A stretch of 64,000 bases of DNA from Octopus vulgaris (taxonomy: Eukaryota). A program made the translations under genes and the position numbers. Location of the stretch: contig OX597814.1 of the NCBI GenBank assembly GCA_951406725.2, positions 74,958,001 through 75,022,000 of the forward strand, read 5' to 3'. Within the stretch, counting starts at the first letter, position 1. Each line of letters opens with the position of its first letter. The notes beneath the pieces were generated by a model, which saw only the letters and a program-made list of their open reading frames with translations, was not told the DNA's origin and ran no database searches. Positions 11,901 through 25,502 of the stretch are shown piece by piece.

Positions 11901-14900
11901 GCTTTTCTGTCTATGACCATTTTCACTTTTTTCTTTTTTTTAAGGACATGTTTAATATTTTGTGTAATAGTGATTGCAGGGAAATAAGTTGAAAGATTAT
12001 TAATAGATTGGGATATTTTCCTACTTTATTTTACATTATAATCAGTCTTCATTCTCAAAAAATCTATATATTCTATAGTCATCTAAGATCAATAGTAACA
12101 TTTAATTTGTTTCTCTAATGAAGTCTAATTAGATAGAAACATGTCCTCATATTTAATTGTAATTAATTAAAAGATTTTCTCTTCTAAAATGTGACCCTTC
12201 TACAGCAGAAAAATTTTGGTCTGGCCTTTTCTCTCATACTTTAATCTCTTTATCTCTAAGCATGAAGCCAACTCCCTTGGAGTTTGTAGACCTGTAAGCT
12301 GCATGTTGACTTCACTAGTGCTGGTGGCATGAAAAAAGTACCCAATACCCACTGTAAAGTGATTGGCATCTGGAAGGAACCCAGTTGGAGAAACTGTGCC
12401 AAAGTAGACTATAGAGCATGATGCATTCCTAGGACTTATCAAACCATTCAGTCCATGTTGGTATGAAACTAGATGTTAAATGATGATGATGACCTTCCCT
12501 TACTATGTCAAGTATGATAGCACCAGCATTTTGCTATGATAATAGTTAGGAGTGGGTGGCTATAAGATGGTTTTAACTAAGCATTGTGGGGTGGTATATA
12601 CAGCATAACTTTTTGCTCAGAGTTCAAATCTTTCCATGAGTGTGGTATTAAAATAAATGGGCGTGCCAATTTGATTAATGTTTGAGAAACACTTCAGAGA
12701 AAAATTTGTACTTGTATTTCAAAGAGCCTGCCTCATCACATTCAGTGTCAAGCTGAATCTCGCTCAGAACTATGTTAAGGGTATGTGTGTCTGTGGAGTA
12801 CTAGGCCACTAGCAAATTAATTACATAAGCAGGCTGTTCCATCAATCGGATCAACTGGAAATGCATCATCATAACTGACAGAGTGCCAGTTAAGAGCACT
12901 GAAAAAAATACTTTGCATTATCTCTTCAGACTCTTTACATTCTGAGTTCAAGTCCAGCTGAGGTCAGCTTTGCTTTTCATCTTTTCAGGGTTGATAAAAT
13001 GAAGTACCAATCTAAGAATAGGACACAATGGTATCAACTAACCCACTTCCTTAAAAATGGCTGGCCTTGTGTCAAATCAGAAACCATTATTATTTTTGTT
13101 ATTATTATTATTATTATTGACGAAGGGCAAAGCAACACATTATTTAGTTTAATCCCTTCATGTTATTAGTTTAAATCCTGCTGTAGTCGACATTACCCTC
13201 CATTCATCTATTTAGGGTTAATTTACACCTTTACATCAAAAATTTGATTCAGTCATCTGGTTCCTTTCCCTACAAATTTATGGTCTTATTTCAAAATTAA
13301 AAATTATTATTATTATTATCATCACTATTATTATTATATTGAGGTATATGTTTACAATAAATAGAATTACAGAATAAGCAGAGCATTTAATTTTCTGTGT
13401 TCTAGTTGCATCCTATTCAGCTATTGATATTATGTTGTTTAGGACTTTGGAAATTCCTTAGTGGAGAAAAGAGAAACATTTGAATATGTTTGGTAACAAT
13501 CATTAATTCCATTACAGCTCTAACCTTTAGGCATTGAAACGTTCATTTGAGGAATTTACTGCATTATCGGAAATATTTGCCTTAAAGCTTTGTCTTTTAC
13601 AATAGATTAGAGAAGATACACTTTTGTTGGTCTAAATATAATTTGGTATCTGCCGGAGCATGGCAAAATATTGAGAGCCTTAATCCATTTATGAATAACT
13701 CCACCTACAATTATCCCAACATTCTTTCTTTAGATGACTGCTTGAGCTTCAATGAAACGAATCATAATTATGCCAATACCAGACTGTTCTCAGGAATAAC
13801 ATCACATCCTTTCAACAGGGAAGCATAAAATTGATCTTCGCTGTGCTGACTTTTATGTAGTCAGGTTACACCCTACCAACCCTCTGAACTGGCAGTAAAT
13901 CCTGGTACTTTAATTCTTCTTGAGTAATGAGTTTTGATCTGTTAAATCTAATAACCATTACACAGAAATGGAATGTCATTGTATTGTATTTTGTTACAGA
14001 ATTGAATGATAACATAATTTTTGTAATTTAATAAATATTGGCAAGAAAACTAATGTCTATGAAAATTACCCTGTTCCACGAAAATAAGTTGTGAATTCTA
14101 GTCTCTGAAAAGTTTGACAATAACTGGATATATTCTATAGTGGTCTCACTTTTCTAATAACAGCCCTATAGTTCACAGTAAAGAGGTGTATTTAACTAGT
14201 GTGCAAGTAGTTAAGCTATATGGATGACCAAAAAAGAAAAATCAATACATCTTAACTGTCAGTTTATATTGTATCTGACGAAAAGAACCAAAAATAATTT
14301 TGTGAGAAACTCTTTTTTAACAAAAGCAAAAATAAAAATACTCTTACTAACACAAACCACCATTATAGACTGCCTAACATAAATTTCCCTTTTTACACAT
14401 TCTAATAAACATTTTATTTACCAGTATATTTCTCCTTTATTCAGTGTTATTTATAAAAGTACCTATGTAAGTTAAAGAGGACTGTTTTTTAAAGTATAAA
14501 TGTATTTGATGATTTTACAAAAATGTTTAATTGTCAACTTATGCAGTTGCTCTTTAAATGAAGCATGTGTTTGTTGTTGTGTAAGCAGGTGACACACAAT
14601 CTAATGAAGCCCGCTTGTCCATGGAAACAATCAGTTAGCTATGTCAGAGTATGTTTAATACTACCTGTCTGTCCCAGCTACTAAAAGTGACAAATGGTAC
14701 ACACCTTAGGCTAAATAGCTGACTTGGAAATAGCTTTAAACTAGCAAAATTAGAGACTTGCTCCAGGCGGAAAATATCACTTTGGTTAGCAGGGTGGAGG
14801 GGAAGTAGGGTTGGTTGGTTGTTGCTTTGTTATTTTATCCACATACAGTTAAAGCTATAGTTGTGATTGAATTGCAAATATTTATATAATATGAAAGAAA

Positions 14901-15681
14901 TGACTAATAAAAAATAACATTTATTTTTTTTTCTACAGTTATTTACTCATATCTTAAGCATTGAACAGAAGCTAGAGATGTTTCTCTGAGAGATCTCTAA
15001 ATTATGAAATTCTATTGTATTCAACAATTTCCTTTATTATTCAAACTAAACATATTTTCCCATTGACTTGAGATCAAAATGAAGAAACAATTATTGTAAA
15101 AGAAAAAAATAAGCAAAACAAAATTCATATAGTTTTTATCTCTCACACACCTACACAATCATATACTTTCTATGTTCATGATGGACTAGCACAACAGTTG
15201 CTTATAACATATCTCAACTCAATGTTTATTTTCAGATAGCATAACCTATCTTAATTATATCCCATGTCCTACCTAACCTACCTCTATTTATGCTGAAAGT
15301 TTCATAATAAATTCAAATAATAAATGAATTCTAAAAATAAATGCCACAACAAAATATGTTTATTGAATATATCATAATCCTTATAATAAGAGACTTAAAA
15401 ATAGCTCTGAATGTTATTTTAAAACAATGTTTTTGTGTTTAGGACTTTCCCAGAAAATACAATTGTGTCTTTTGTAAATGTACAGGTGTTTAACATATGC
15501 TTTTTTAATTGTTCCTCCCTCTATTCCCATTCTTTAATAATATAACTGAAGGGATAAAGTGCTGGCATTAAAATCTATAAACATTGGGTTTGCATTCTGT
15601 TGCAGATGCCATGTCGTTAGACAATCTTCTGTATTTATCATTTTCTTTTTGGAGAATAGAAAATTTTACTGGATATGGGAA

Positions 15682-17267
15682 TCTCTATATATATAAAACT
15701 GAGAATGTGTGTGTGTGTCTGTCTGTCTGTGTGTTTCCCTAAAACTTGAGAACTACACAACCAATTTCATTCAAATTTTACACATGCCTTACTTAGGGTC
15801 CATGTAGTTTCATGGACAAAAACATGTTCAACTTCTTGCCTAGAGTGATCCCATAGCAATATCATATCTTCTCCACTATTTCAGTATTACGTGTTAAAAA
15901 TGAAACAAAAACATTTCTCTATTTTATGTCAGATGCTTTCACTTTAACAATAAAAATAATAATAACAATTGAATTATATGTAGTAAGTAATAATTAAAAT
16001 CAAACTAAAGTATAATATAATTGTAACATAACAAAAGTAAAAATAGCAATTGGTATAAAATTGCATCAATGACTTGAACTTGAATAAGTGGTTTCACATG
16101 AATGGGAATAAATTAAAAATAAAATTAGCATGCAGAAATGGAATAGTCCAGATGGAGCTGTGCTTTTACATTAGATTATCTGCTAATTAGCTAGCATTAA
16201 GTATCTATATGAAGTTTGGCTGTATGTAATATCTGGTTTCTCAAACAGTCGCTCCTACAGAGTACTGCTGTTGGTTTATTTCTTATACATAAAGGACTAA
16301 AGCTTCAACTGCTTACTGCTTTCTGACTCATCGTAAGGTTTGTTGTTATTATCATTACTGTTTAACTATTGTTATCACGTTTGTTGGTTCCTCGTAAAGG
16401 AAACATTGTTGTGTTGCATTTGTTAAATAATTGTAAACTGTAACCCTCCCCCTATGGGAGAAGGAGCTTTGATTATTGTTTAAAAATTGAATTGTGTCCC
16501 TGTTTGGGGAAATTGACAATATTTTCACCGTTTACATGGAAGCATTCTAGTTAGAGTGCCTTCGATAGAAGAAAGTCCAAAAATGAATTTAGCTGCAGCC
16601 GTCGGCAGGCACAAACTCATTGAAATTAAAATGGAAGAAATACGGATTGATCACTGACAAAGACGGTGAATCTAGGATAACACCACCAAATGAAATAAAA
16701 AATTAAATTAAAGAAAAGACTATTGTCTATAAAGTATGCAATATAGAGAAAAAAAAAAGATTTGAACACCTGGAGGAAAGCACCATCAAAAAGTGTCTTG
16801 GTGCAACTATGAAAGATATCTAACCAGAGGCGGTAAATTCGCCACAATAGAAGCAAGGTTCGAGTCAACGGAGCGTGCAAGGGAGTACTCGACTCGAACC
16901 TTGCAAAGTGGAAATATTTTATTTTTACCTTTATATCTGGGACGTAGGACATCCTGTATAAAAATTTTAAATGGTCCCCCCAGAAGTAGAGGTAGGCTGG
17001 ATTGTAGCCACACTTCTATACAAGAGGGAGGACAAGATACAATTGATCGAAATTGCAAGAGATGGGCCTACAATTCCAGTCTGTTATATATTTTGAGTAT
17101 TGTTATCACTAGCGATATCAAGATATAACTTTGTATTTTGTATTTTATGTGTAGATGTATATATATAGATGTACATGTAATATGTACACACATATATACA
17201 CATATATATATACACATATATACGTGCACTAGCACTATGACCCGGCAACGACAGGTCATAATGCTAG
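15682..17267 (+). mobile_element. Non-autonomous Helitron (~1.6 kb) carrying a captured LINE ORF1 fragment
   Basis: A|TCTCTATATATATAAAACTG 5' end (same type as 10505-11021); 3' hairpin TATGACC..GGTCATA then ATGCTAG|T; internal 16580-17040 is homologous to ORF1 at ~58900-59380. Confidence 0.85.
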
Positions 17268-19083
17268 TCTACAATAAAGAATAACTAAAATTCTTGAATG
17301 AAACTAATAACTTTGAAAATAAACATTAAAGAACTACTAAGTCTCTCTGGTATATTGAAATATTTCAGCAGTCATTAGACTGGCATTGAAAAGGAAAAAT
17401 GGCAGTTGTACTAGCTATCAGTAAATCACTCAACACAACTTGAGTGAGGAGGGATATACTGAACAAGTTCCCTGACAAAAATACAAAATGGATAGGGCTA
17501 GAACATCTTTGATCATATACTTACTATACATCAAAGTAATTAGGTTTGATTTGACTTTAAACATATCCTGTGATGAAACAAATCTTAGCTTAATTGCTGA
17601 AAATGCATTACCATTACCAAGTCCACATGAAAAGCTAACCTTAAACCTAATTCTGCTTGCTTTGTCTTTTTTATGGTGCCTTCAAAATGTTTATGGTGCA
17701 TAGGTATAGCAAGAGATTTCATTTTAAAAAAGATGCATGTACAGGAAAAGGAATAAGGGCTTTTGTGGCATAAGCAAAGTAGAGTGGTTTCAATTATTAC
17801 TCTGATTTGGGTTGCTGAACCACTTTGTTGGTAGCTGTTTTTACTGGAAAATTTTAGGGTATTTATTCCATGCATCTTGTGTTGTAGAGAGATGATTGCT
17901 CTTACATTTCATCAAACTCATACCTCACCAAATCAATACCCTATTTAATGAATAACATACATACCTTTAATTCATGGAGTGGGGCGGGGCAAAATTAGTA
18001 ACTGGCATAAAATGAGTAATTTCTGATTTCTCCTTATTTTCTCCCTACCTGTTTAAAATCATTACATTGCAAGTATTGCATCATCATTTTGTACTGTTGC
18101 TTCACCTTTGGGAATAAAAATTGGTCAGTTGAAGTCAAGAAACATAGTCAGGTGATGGGTACTTTTTTCCTCAAGAAATGTTTCTTCAACTTTGATCTGA
18201 TTGTAATTGAGACTGCTAATAAAATATTTCATGAATTTTTGGTGTTTAACAATCAACTTTTTTTCCTACTGAATTCCAAGTTAATTTTTTCCCACACTAA
18301 TGTTTAATTTGTTCATTTTCAAAACATGTCTAAAATGGGGAAAATAAGTATTGACTAATTTCAATAATTTCTTCTCATTAACTGCATGGTGCGTAAACAT
18401 ATCCAGAAGAAAGCCACTCCAGCAAATTATGAAGAAGGTATAGAGAATAACTTACACTGAGTTTTTTTTATTTAGTCAAGATTCATTAATTTCATATCAT
18501 GTGCCATTTTTCCATGATCCTCTTTCATTTGATCTAGATATTTAAAATTTTTTTTTGCATTTCTGATGTCTAAAGATGAATATTGATGTGTATGAGTCAG
18601 TTTTCAAATGTGATTCTGAAGAACTGAAGAGGCAAATTTACCTTATCTTGGCTTTCTGGTTTTACCCCAGCTAAATTTGTCTTTTGCATGCTCAGAAAGA
18701 ACAGTGATAATTTTCTGAAAGTGTTCTGAACATGTTATTGCGTTTTTAAAGCATTTAGAGAAGTTCATTTGCTTAGCAGAAATAGCTTTTGCAATGTAGA
18801 AAACATTTGTAGAAAATATATTTTTTCTCAGTCAAAACTCCCCATTGTGCCCATCCACATATGTTTAACCTATGAGTCCATCAAAATATCTTTTAATTGG
18901 ACTCACAGTCATGTGATGGATTAAACATATTAATACTCAGGCTTCTAACTTTATTTTGAGTGGCTTGACCACATTTCTACAAACTTGCTACTTACAAACA
19001 CCTGACAAGATGGCCATCCACTGTACGAATCTTTAAATAATGTGCAATGGAGTCAACTGTTACTAAATATATGTGTGCATGTA

Positions 19084-19088
<5 letters not shown>

Positions 19089-19155
<67 letters not shown>
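19089..19155. repeat. (TA)n microsatellite
   Basis: Uninterrupted TA run, directly visible. Confidence 0.95.
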
Positions 19156-19158
<3 letters not shown>

Positions 19159-19159
19159 T

Positions 19160-21062
19160 TTATCCTATGCTCCTTAGTCTGGGCTGACTGATAAGAATTC
19201 TATGAGGTCCTTTTGCAGACCACTTCAACAACAAATGACACAGACTTTGTTATTGTTGCTGGTAACTTCAATGGACATGTCAGACAGCATCACTATAGAT
19301 TCCAGGGAGTGTATGGGGGCTATAGTTTTGGGCCTAGAAATGAGGAGGGAACAAGACTGCTGGAGTACTGTGGTGTAAATGTTCTCATGATCTGCAACAC
19401 TAACTTCAAAAAACCATCCAGCCACCTAATCACTTATCAGTCTGATGAGCACATAAGCCAGATTGACTACCTCCTCACCAGGCAATGAAATAGATGGATG
19501 CTTAAAAATGCAGTCTTTCCCAGGTGAAGAGTGTACAATACAACATAGGTTACTAGTTAATGACTTCAGAATTAGAGCTAGAAATACTCAGAGAAATAAA
19601 CCAATCTGGAAAAGAAGGCTATGGAAGTTCAAAGAGCCAGCAAACACAAAAATCTACAGATTTACTAATGGAAGCTTCTGACGAAAGAGAGGAAGAGTTG
19701 GGGACATATAACTTAGAAGACTTGGAAGTTCCTGCAGGACAATTTACTGAGGGCAATGGATGAAATCTGTGGTTTGGTGCAGAGTCCCAACTAGACCAAG
19801 GGTGACATGGTGCTGGAGCAAGAAGGTTGACAGCGTTATAAAAACAAAAACACAGGCCTGGAAAGACTGGAAAACTGGTGGAAGCAGAGAATTCTATCAG
19901 GTAGCCAAAGGGGAAGCTAGGCATCAGGTATACATAGCAAAAGGAGTAGCTAAAGGTAAGAGATTTGCAAATGTTCTACAGTGTGAGGATTTTAAAGCAG
20001 TGTATCAGAGAGAATAGAGATGTGGCAGGTGAAAAATGTGTGCGAATAGATAATGGTCACTTAGTGACTCAGAGAAGAAAGATGCATGGAAGTGTCACTA
20101 TGAAAGGTTACTAAATCTGGAAAATGAATGGGAAGAGAGTCTACAAAACATTAGACCAATTGAGGGACCAGCCATTAGAGTTGATAGCAGCATAAGAGAT
20201 AAGGCAATTAAGGACGTGAAAACAGGGAAAGTCCCTGGGCCATCAGGAATCACTGCTGAGATGATTAAAATCTCTGGTGGTGTAGGATACAGCTTAGTCA
20301 CCCATATAGTTAATCAGGTTATTCAGGGGGGCACTATCCCCAATGTCTGGTGTAGTAGTAGTATAGTTAATTGCTACAAGGGTAATGGTGATGTCTCAGA
20401 TAGAAACAACTACAGAGGCATTAAATTGCTAGACCAAGTCATGAAAGTTATAGCTCAATTGATTAGAAATAGAATTAAAGTAGATGAGATGCAGTTTGGT
20501 TTTGTACCAGGGAAGAGTACCACAGATGCCATCTTCCTAGTGAGACAACTACAGGAAAAGCACTTGGCTAAAAGTAAGCCATTGTACTTAGCTTTTGTCT
20601 ACTTGGAGAAAGCTTTTGACAGAGTTCCCCACTCTGTTATATGGTAGTCTCAAAGGAAGTTAGGAGTAGTTGAGTGGCTTGTTAGAGCTGTACAAGCTAT
20701 GTACAGTGATGAATTTAGTGTAGAGGTAGGGGTCCACCAGGGCTCAATTCTCATCCCACACCTATTCATTATAGTCATCCAGGCCATAACAGAGCAATTC
20801 AGAACTGGGTGCTGATGGGAACTACTATATGCTGATGACCTTGCTCTTATTGCAGAATCTTTAGCAGAGTTGAAGAAATTCCAGGTATAGAAACAAAACC
20901 TGGAATCAAAGGGCCTTAAAGTTAGCCTAGCAAAGACCAAAGTTGTTAGTAAGAAAGAAGATAAAACTCTCTTTCCATCAGGTAAATGGCCCTGCTCAAT
21001 ATGTAGGAAAGGAGTTGGAAGAAATTCCATTCGCTGCACCCAATATAAACTATGGCCACATA
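19160..21062 (+). mobile_element. Degenerate RTE-clade LINE (AP endonuclease + RT), 3' part missing
   Basis: YAP, AGNFNGHV, RNEEGTRLLEYC, SQIDYLL (APE); NYRGIKLL, QFGFVPGKSTTDAIF, LEKAFDRVP, GVHQGS, LLYADDL (RT); GKWPCSICRKGVGRNSIRC; many stops. Confidence 0.92.
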
Positions 21063-21477
21063 GAATTAAACAATATTTCTTAAAGAAATAAAATCATGAT
21101 TTTTCTTATAATTAATTTATTTGCTTATTTATTTAACTATTATTGTTATCCTGAAGAGTGACTATAATTTTAAATTGAATTGTTTTTCGATTAAATTTAA
21201 ATTTAATTGTAATTCGAATTTAAATTATAGCCATGAAATGTACATAGTTTTTTTACTTATTATATATTGTTTATTCATTTTTGTACTTTTTGTGATCTAG
21301 TTATATGTTTTAAAAAATACATTTTATTTTTTATTTATGATTTGGTTTATGTCTATCATTGTTTGAATTGCATAATAGTGGTTTTTCTCTAATTTATATA
21401 TTATATATTTATATTGTGAAATTTGATTTAATACAAAATTGAATTTTTCCCTGTAAGTTTGGAGTTATACTCCCTAA

Positions 21478-21480
<3 letters not shown>
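21062..21480 (+). mobile_element. Old Penelope-like pseudo-LTR remnant
   Basis: Very T-rich segment containing a hammerhead motif (21148-21249), ending at an (ATT)n/(TA)n tract. Confidence 0.5.
21148..21249 (+). ncRNA. Degenerate minimal hammerhead ribozyme
   Basis: CTGAAGA (21151), stem II GTGACTATAATTT/AAATTATAGCCAT, GAAA (21235), palindromic stem III TGTACA, AUA triplet; stem I weak. Confidence 0.55.
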
Positions 21481-21539
<59 letters not shown>

Positions 21540-21690
21540 TATATATACATATATATATACATTTTTCAATTCATTTTGCAAGATTCCTGATGTGAAATTG
21601 TGCGGTTGAAACAAATATTGTTGTATTTCAGGGTTCTCAAGCTACGGTGGGGGTGGGGGGACAAACACAAACATAGACACATATATATAT

Positions 21691-21835
21691 GACGGGCTTC
21701 TTTCAGATTCCATCTACTAAATCCAATCACAAAGCTTTAGTAGAAGACACTTGCTCAAGGTGCCACACAGAGGGACTGAACCCGGAACTATGTGGTCGGT
21801 AAGCAAGCTACTTACCACACAGCCACGCCTACACC
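21691..21835 (-). mobile_element. CORE-type tRNA SINE head
   Basis: Minus strand: A box TGGCTGTGTGGTAAG, B box GGGTTCAGTCCC, CORE-like GGCACCTTGAGCAAGTGTCTT. Confidence 0.8.
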
Positions 21836-24800
21836 TATATATATAGTTTCAAGCCTTTTCCCACCATTTCAATTTCTAGTTATTATTTTGTTGCACATAT
21901 GTTGGAAGATATTTTCTTCTCACAAATTAGCCAATTTCAAAATTCTCTCAGAATTCATTCCCACTATGTTAATTTACTGTGTTGGGAAATATCATAATGC
22001 TATAATTTCTCTTTCAAAAAGACTGAAAGCTTTTTATGGCTGTTGTTGTTCATTATCAGTATTCAGTCTCTCTCTTAATTCTTTAAATACTAAAGCAGTT
22101 CAAACATCATAAATGTCAATCTTACTAACTGAAAATTGGTTACATGATTTAATTGTTCTCTAAAGCATAGCCCTATAATCTACACACACACACACATGCA
22201 TGCACATACACATATATATAAATATAATATTCTGCAGGTAAAGGGAAATTTATATGCGCCTGTGTTTGTTTAAACTTCCATTTTACAGAGGAGCAACTCC
22301 ATCCTCCTCACCTCATTAATATGTTACATCTGCTTTCCATGCAGGCAAGGGCTGGATGAGTCCTCACAGTTTAAATCAGTTCTTAATTAGACTGGTCTTA
22401 CATCTATTTTTTTACATGACTTCTATAGCCACTTGCCCTTCCCAGCATCAACTCCATCATAATGTGGATTGTGCGCGTTTTGTAATGGCACCAGCACTTC
22501 CATTAATGGTAGCCCTTATATTTTCACTTTTTCTCTTCATTGCACAAGAATGTCCTACTTTGTTCATATCTCCATCTTTTTCAAATTCAGCTTTCACACC
22601 ATATTGCTAGAAACCCATGTAGCAACTTACCTCATTCTTCAGTACTGGGACCCTTTCTCTTCAAACCATCCTAAGGTCTATTTATCACCATCAATTTCTG
22701 CATGAAAACCCTTGTTCTTAACAATTAAACTTTTATCTTTTTTTTCTTTTTTCATCTCTCCTAGTGTCTCCATTCATTGAGTGTATACTAGCTGTATATT
22801 GAACAACTCCAAACTTCTTTTCTTCCTCATCAATTGTAACATCTCTAAGCATGTCAATTACATCCATTCTTATTATCATATTACTTTTGACAATGAAACC
22901 TATCACAAATGCTTGCTGCCCCAGTCACACTCAGTGTACCATTAGCACCACCTTACTTGTACCTCAGAATCTATCAACCAATATATGATCAACATAGCAG
23001 TACAATCAATACCAATTAATATCTAAATAGGAAACAAAGACTAAAACATTGTAAAGATGCATCTATCATCTCTCAAGTGTTATCTTAGACACAGTGCCCA
23101 TATATAATTTTCCTTTCCCTTGAGGCAGTACTGCCCATTTTAAGAAGCACTGCTCTAAACCAACCTCAGCCCAACTTTATTTAATATTACTACTTTTGAT
23201 CAATCAACAAGAATGTCTCTAATACCTTACACAGAATTTTGTGTGTGTACAAACATCAATATAATGGCCTTCTATTACAATTTCTGTACAAAAAAAAAGA
23301 GTTTTAAACACACACCCAAATCTGCTATTAGTGTATGTTGGTAAATAAAATTATCTGATCATACCAATAACTTTCATGTTATTGACTTTATTCCTCAGCA
23401 TAAAGTAATTCTTTCTACTATAGGCACAAAACCTGAAATTTTGTGGGGAAGGAATAGTCAATGACATTGAGCCCAGTGTTCACTTAGTACTTATGTTGTT
23501 ACTGTCCCTGAAAGGATGAAAGGCAAAATCTCAAGCAACATTTGAACTCATAACATACAGCCAGAAGAAATGCTGCAAAGCATTTTGTCCAGAGCAGTAA
23601 TGATTGTGCCAGCTTTCCATCTTTAGTGTGTCTAAAATAATTAAAAATAAGAGGTAGTTAAAATATTTGAGGGTATTGGATGTCCTTGATTTGTCATGTT
23701 GCCAATGATGTCAAAGTCTTTTTATGAAACATCAGAAAGTGGTTATGCTTTGAAGCTAAGCAACAAAAACTTTGGTATGTGGTGGCAAGTTGAGATAAGC
23801 TTTGATATATGGAAGTTGACATGAGCTCAAATTTGGAGTAGAGTGACAGATGATGTAGAGTGTCTCTGTGAGTCAAAGGCCATTAAATTTAGGTCTTTTC
23901 CTTCATGCTAATGCCCTGTCTGTAATTATCTGTGTGGGTTTATTCACAAAAATCTTTCTTCAGCCATAAACTGTCATTTATATTGAGAAAATAAGAGGTA
24001 AAAACTGTTTCCTAAAATTGTCAGAGCTCAAATAGAAGTAAAGTCTTCCAAAAACAAATCACACAGCTGAGACACACAGGTGATAGAAATCAGTCAACTG
24101 CTTTGAATATCTTTAAAATTATTAGTAACATGGATTGTCAGAATTCTACAATTTGTAGAATTCTGACCAACCACTTTGCAGTGTGGACTTGATGCATTTT
24201 ACGTGGCACCAACACTGGTAGGGATCACCAAGTAATTTGCAAGACAAAGACCCTTTGAGTGGAAGGTTCAATGGAGGAGGTGGCCTTGCCCAGGTGATGA
24301 GTGGTTAGAGTGTGAAAGAGAGTGAATGAGAGTGGAAGTTGGGAAGGGTATGAGAGTCACAGAGACAGAGTGGGAGAGAGATGTTTTAAACCATTAAAGT
24401 GCCAGGGCACACCCTCATGGTTTGGGGATTAGAATATAAATGGGATGGTAGAGGATGCATGAGTAGAGAAAGGACTTCACATAAATGCCAAGAGTGTTGG
24501 GGTAGGGAATGAAGTAGTTGGTCAAACCTGAGTATATTGAGGTAAGGACAAGATAGCAATGATACAATGAGCAGAGCAGTGAGGACAGGTCTCCTTCATC
24601 CACAGGTGCAATCAACTTTCAGCAATTGGCACTTCTTTACACAGCTGTCTTCATTCATATACATCACACATCAAAACGAACATGGTCATTTATTTCTGTG
24701 AGAATTTTGTATATTCCCATGCTTTTTTTCCTTTTCCCTTCCTTTTCTCTGTAAAAGATGAGTCTTCCCAGTTTGCCCACGTACTCTGATGACATCACAC

Positions 24801-25274
24801 TTTGGTTTGCTCTATTGGATGCATATCTTTCCACCCATGCTGTGCCTCACCAACAGCAACTGAATCTTTTGTACTGTGGAATGCCTTCACCTCTTGCACA
24901 CTCAGTGAAAGATCTCATCACTGACCACATCCATCAAATCCGAGGTTCTCCATCGGAACACACAATCTGCGGAGAGTAAATTCCGGACACTGATGCAGGA
25001 TGAACACCTGGGAGATAGGGAACCATCTGAGTTTCTTTGTCGGTTGCGAGAACTCAGCGACACTCTACTTGGGGACAATCCTCTGCAAAGGAAATTGTTT
25101 TTCTCTCACCTACCACCGAATGTCCAATCAATACTGGCCACAACGGTCGACTCCAATTCACTCGATCAGATAGCCACCCTGGCAGACAAGATCATAGGGC
25201 TTACTATGTAGCTTGCTCCTCACCATACCTGTTCGGACCCCACAGTAGCTTCCTCTACTATAGCAGAGTCTCCT

Positions 25275-25502
25275 TATTTCTTTACTACCCACAAGGGGCT
25301 AAACATAGAGGGGACAAACAAGGACAGACAAACGGATTAAGTGGATTACATCGACCCCAGTGCGTAACTGGTACTTAATTTATCGACCCCGAAAGGATGA
25401 AAGGCAAAGTCAACCTCGGCGGAATTTGAACTCAGAATGTAACAGCAGATGAAATACAGCTACGCATTTCGCCCGGCGTGCTAACGATTCTGCCAGCTCG
25501 CC
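25275..25502 (-). mobile_element. Young tRNA-derived SINE inserted in Gypsy gag, with 17-bp TSD
   Basis: CTATAGCAGAGTCTCCT at 25258-25274 and 25503-25519; A box TGGCAGAATCG, B box GAGTTCAAATTCC, body GCCTTTCATCCTTTCGGGGTCGATAAATTAAGTACC; decayed relatives at ~12900-13090, 23410-23620, 33780-33970. Confidence 0.92.

Noticed and set aside
25420-25502. tRNA gene
   Set aside because: A and B boxes belong to a SINE head; no complete cloverleaf, and it continues into the SINE body.
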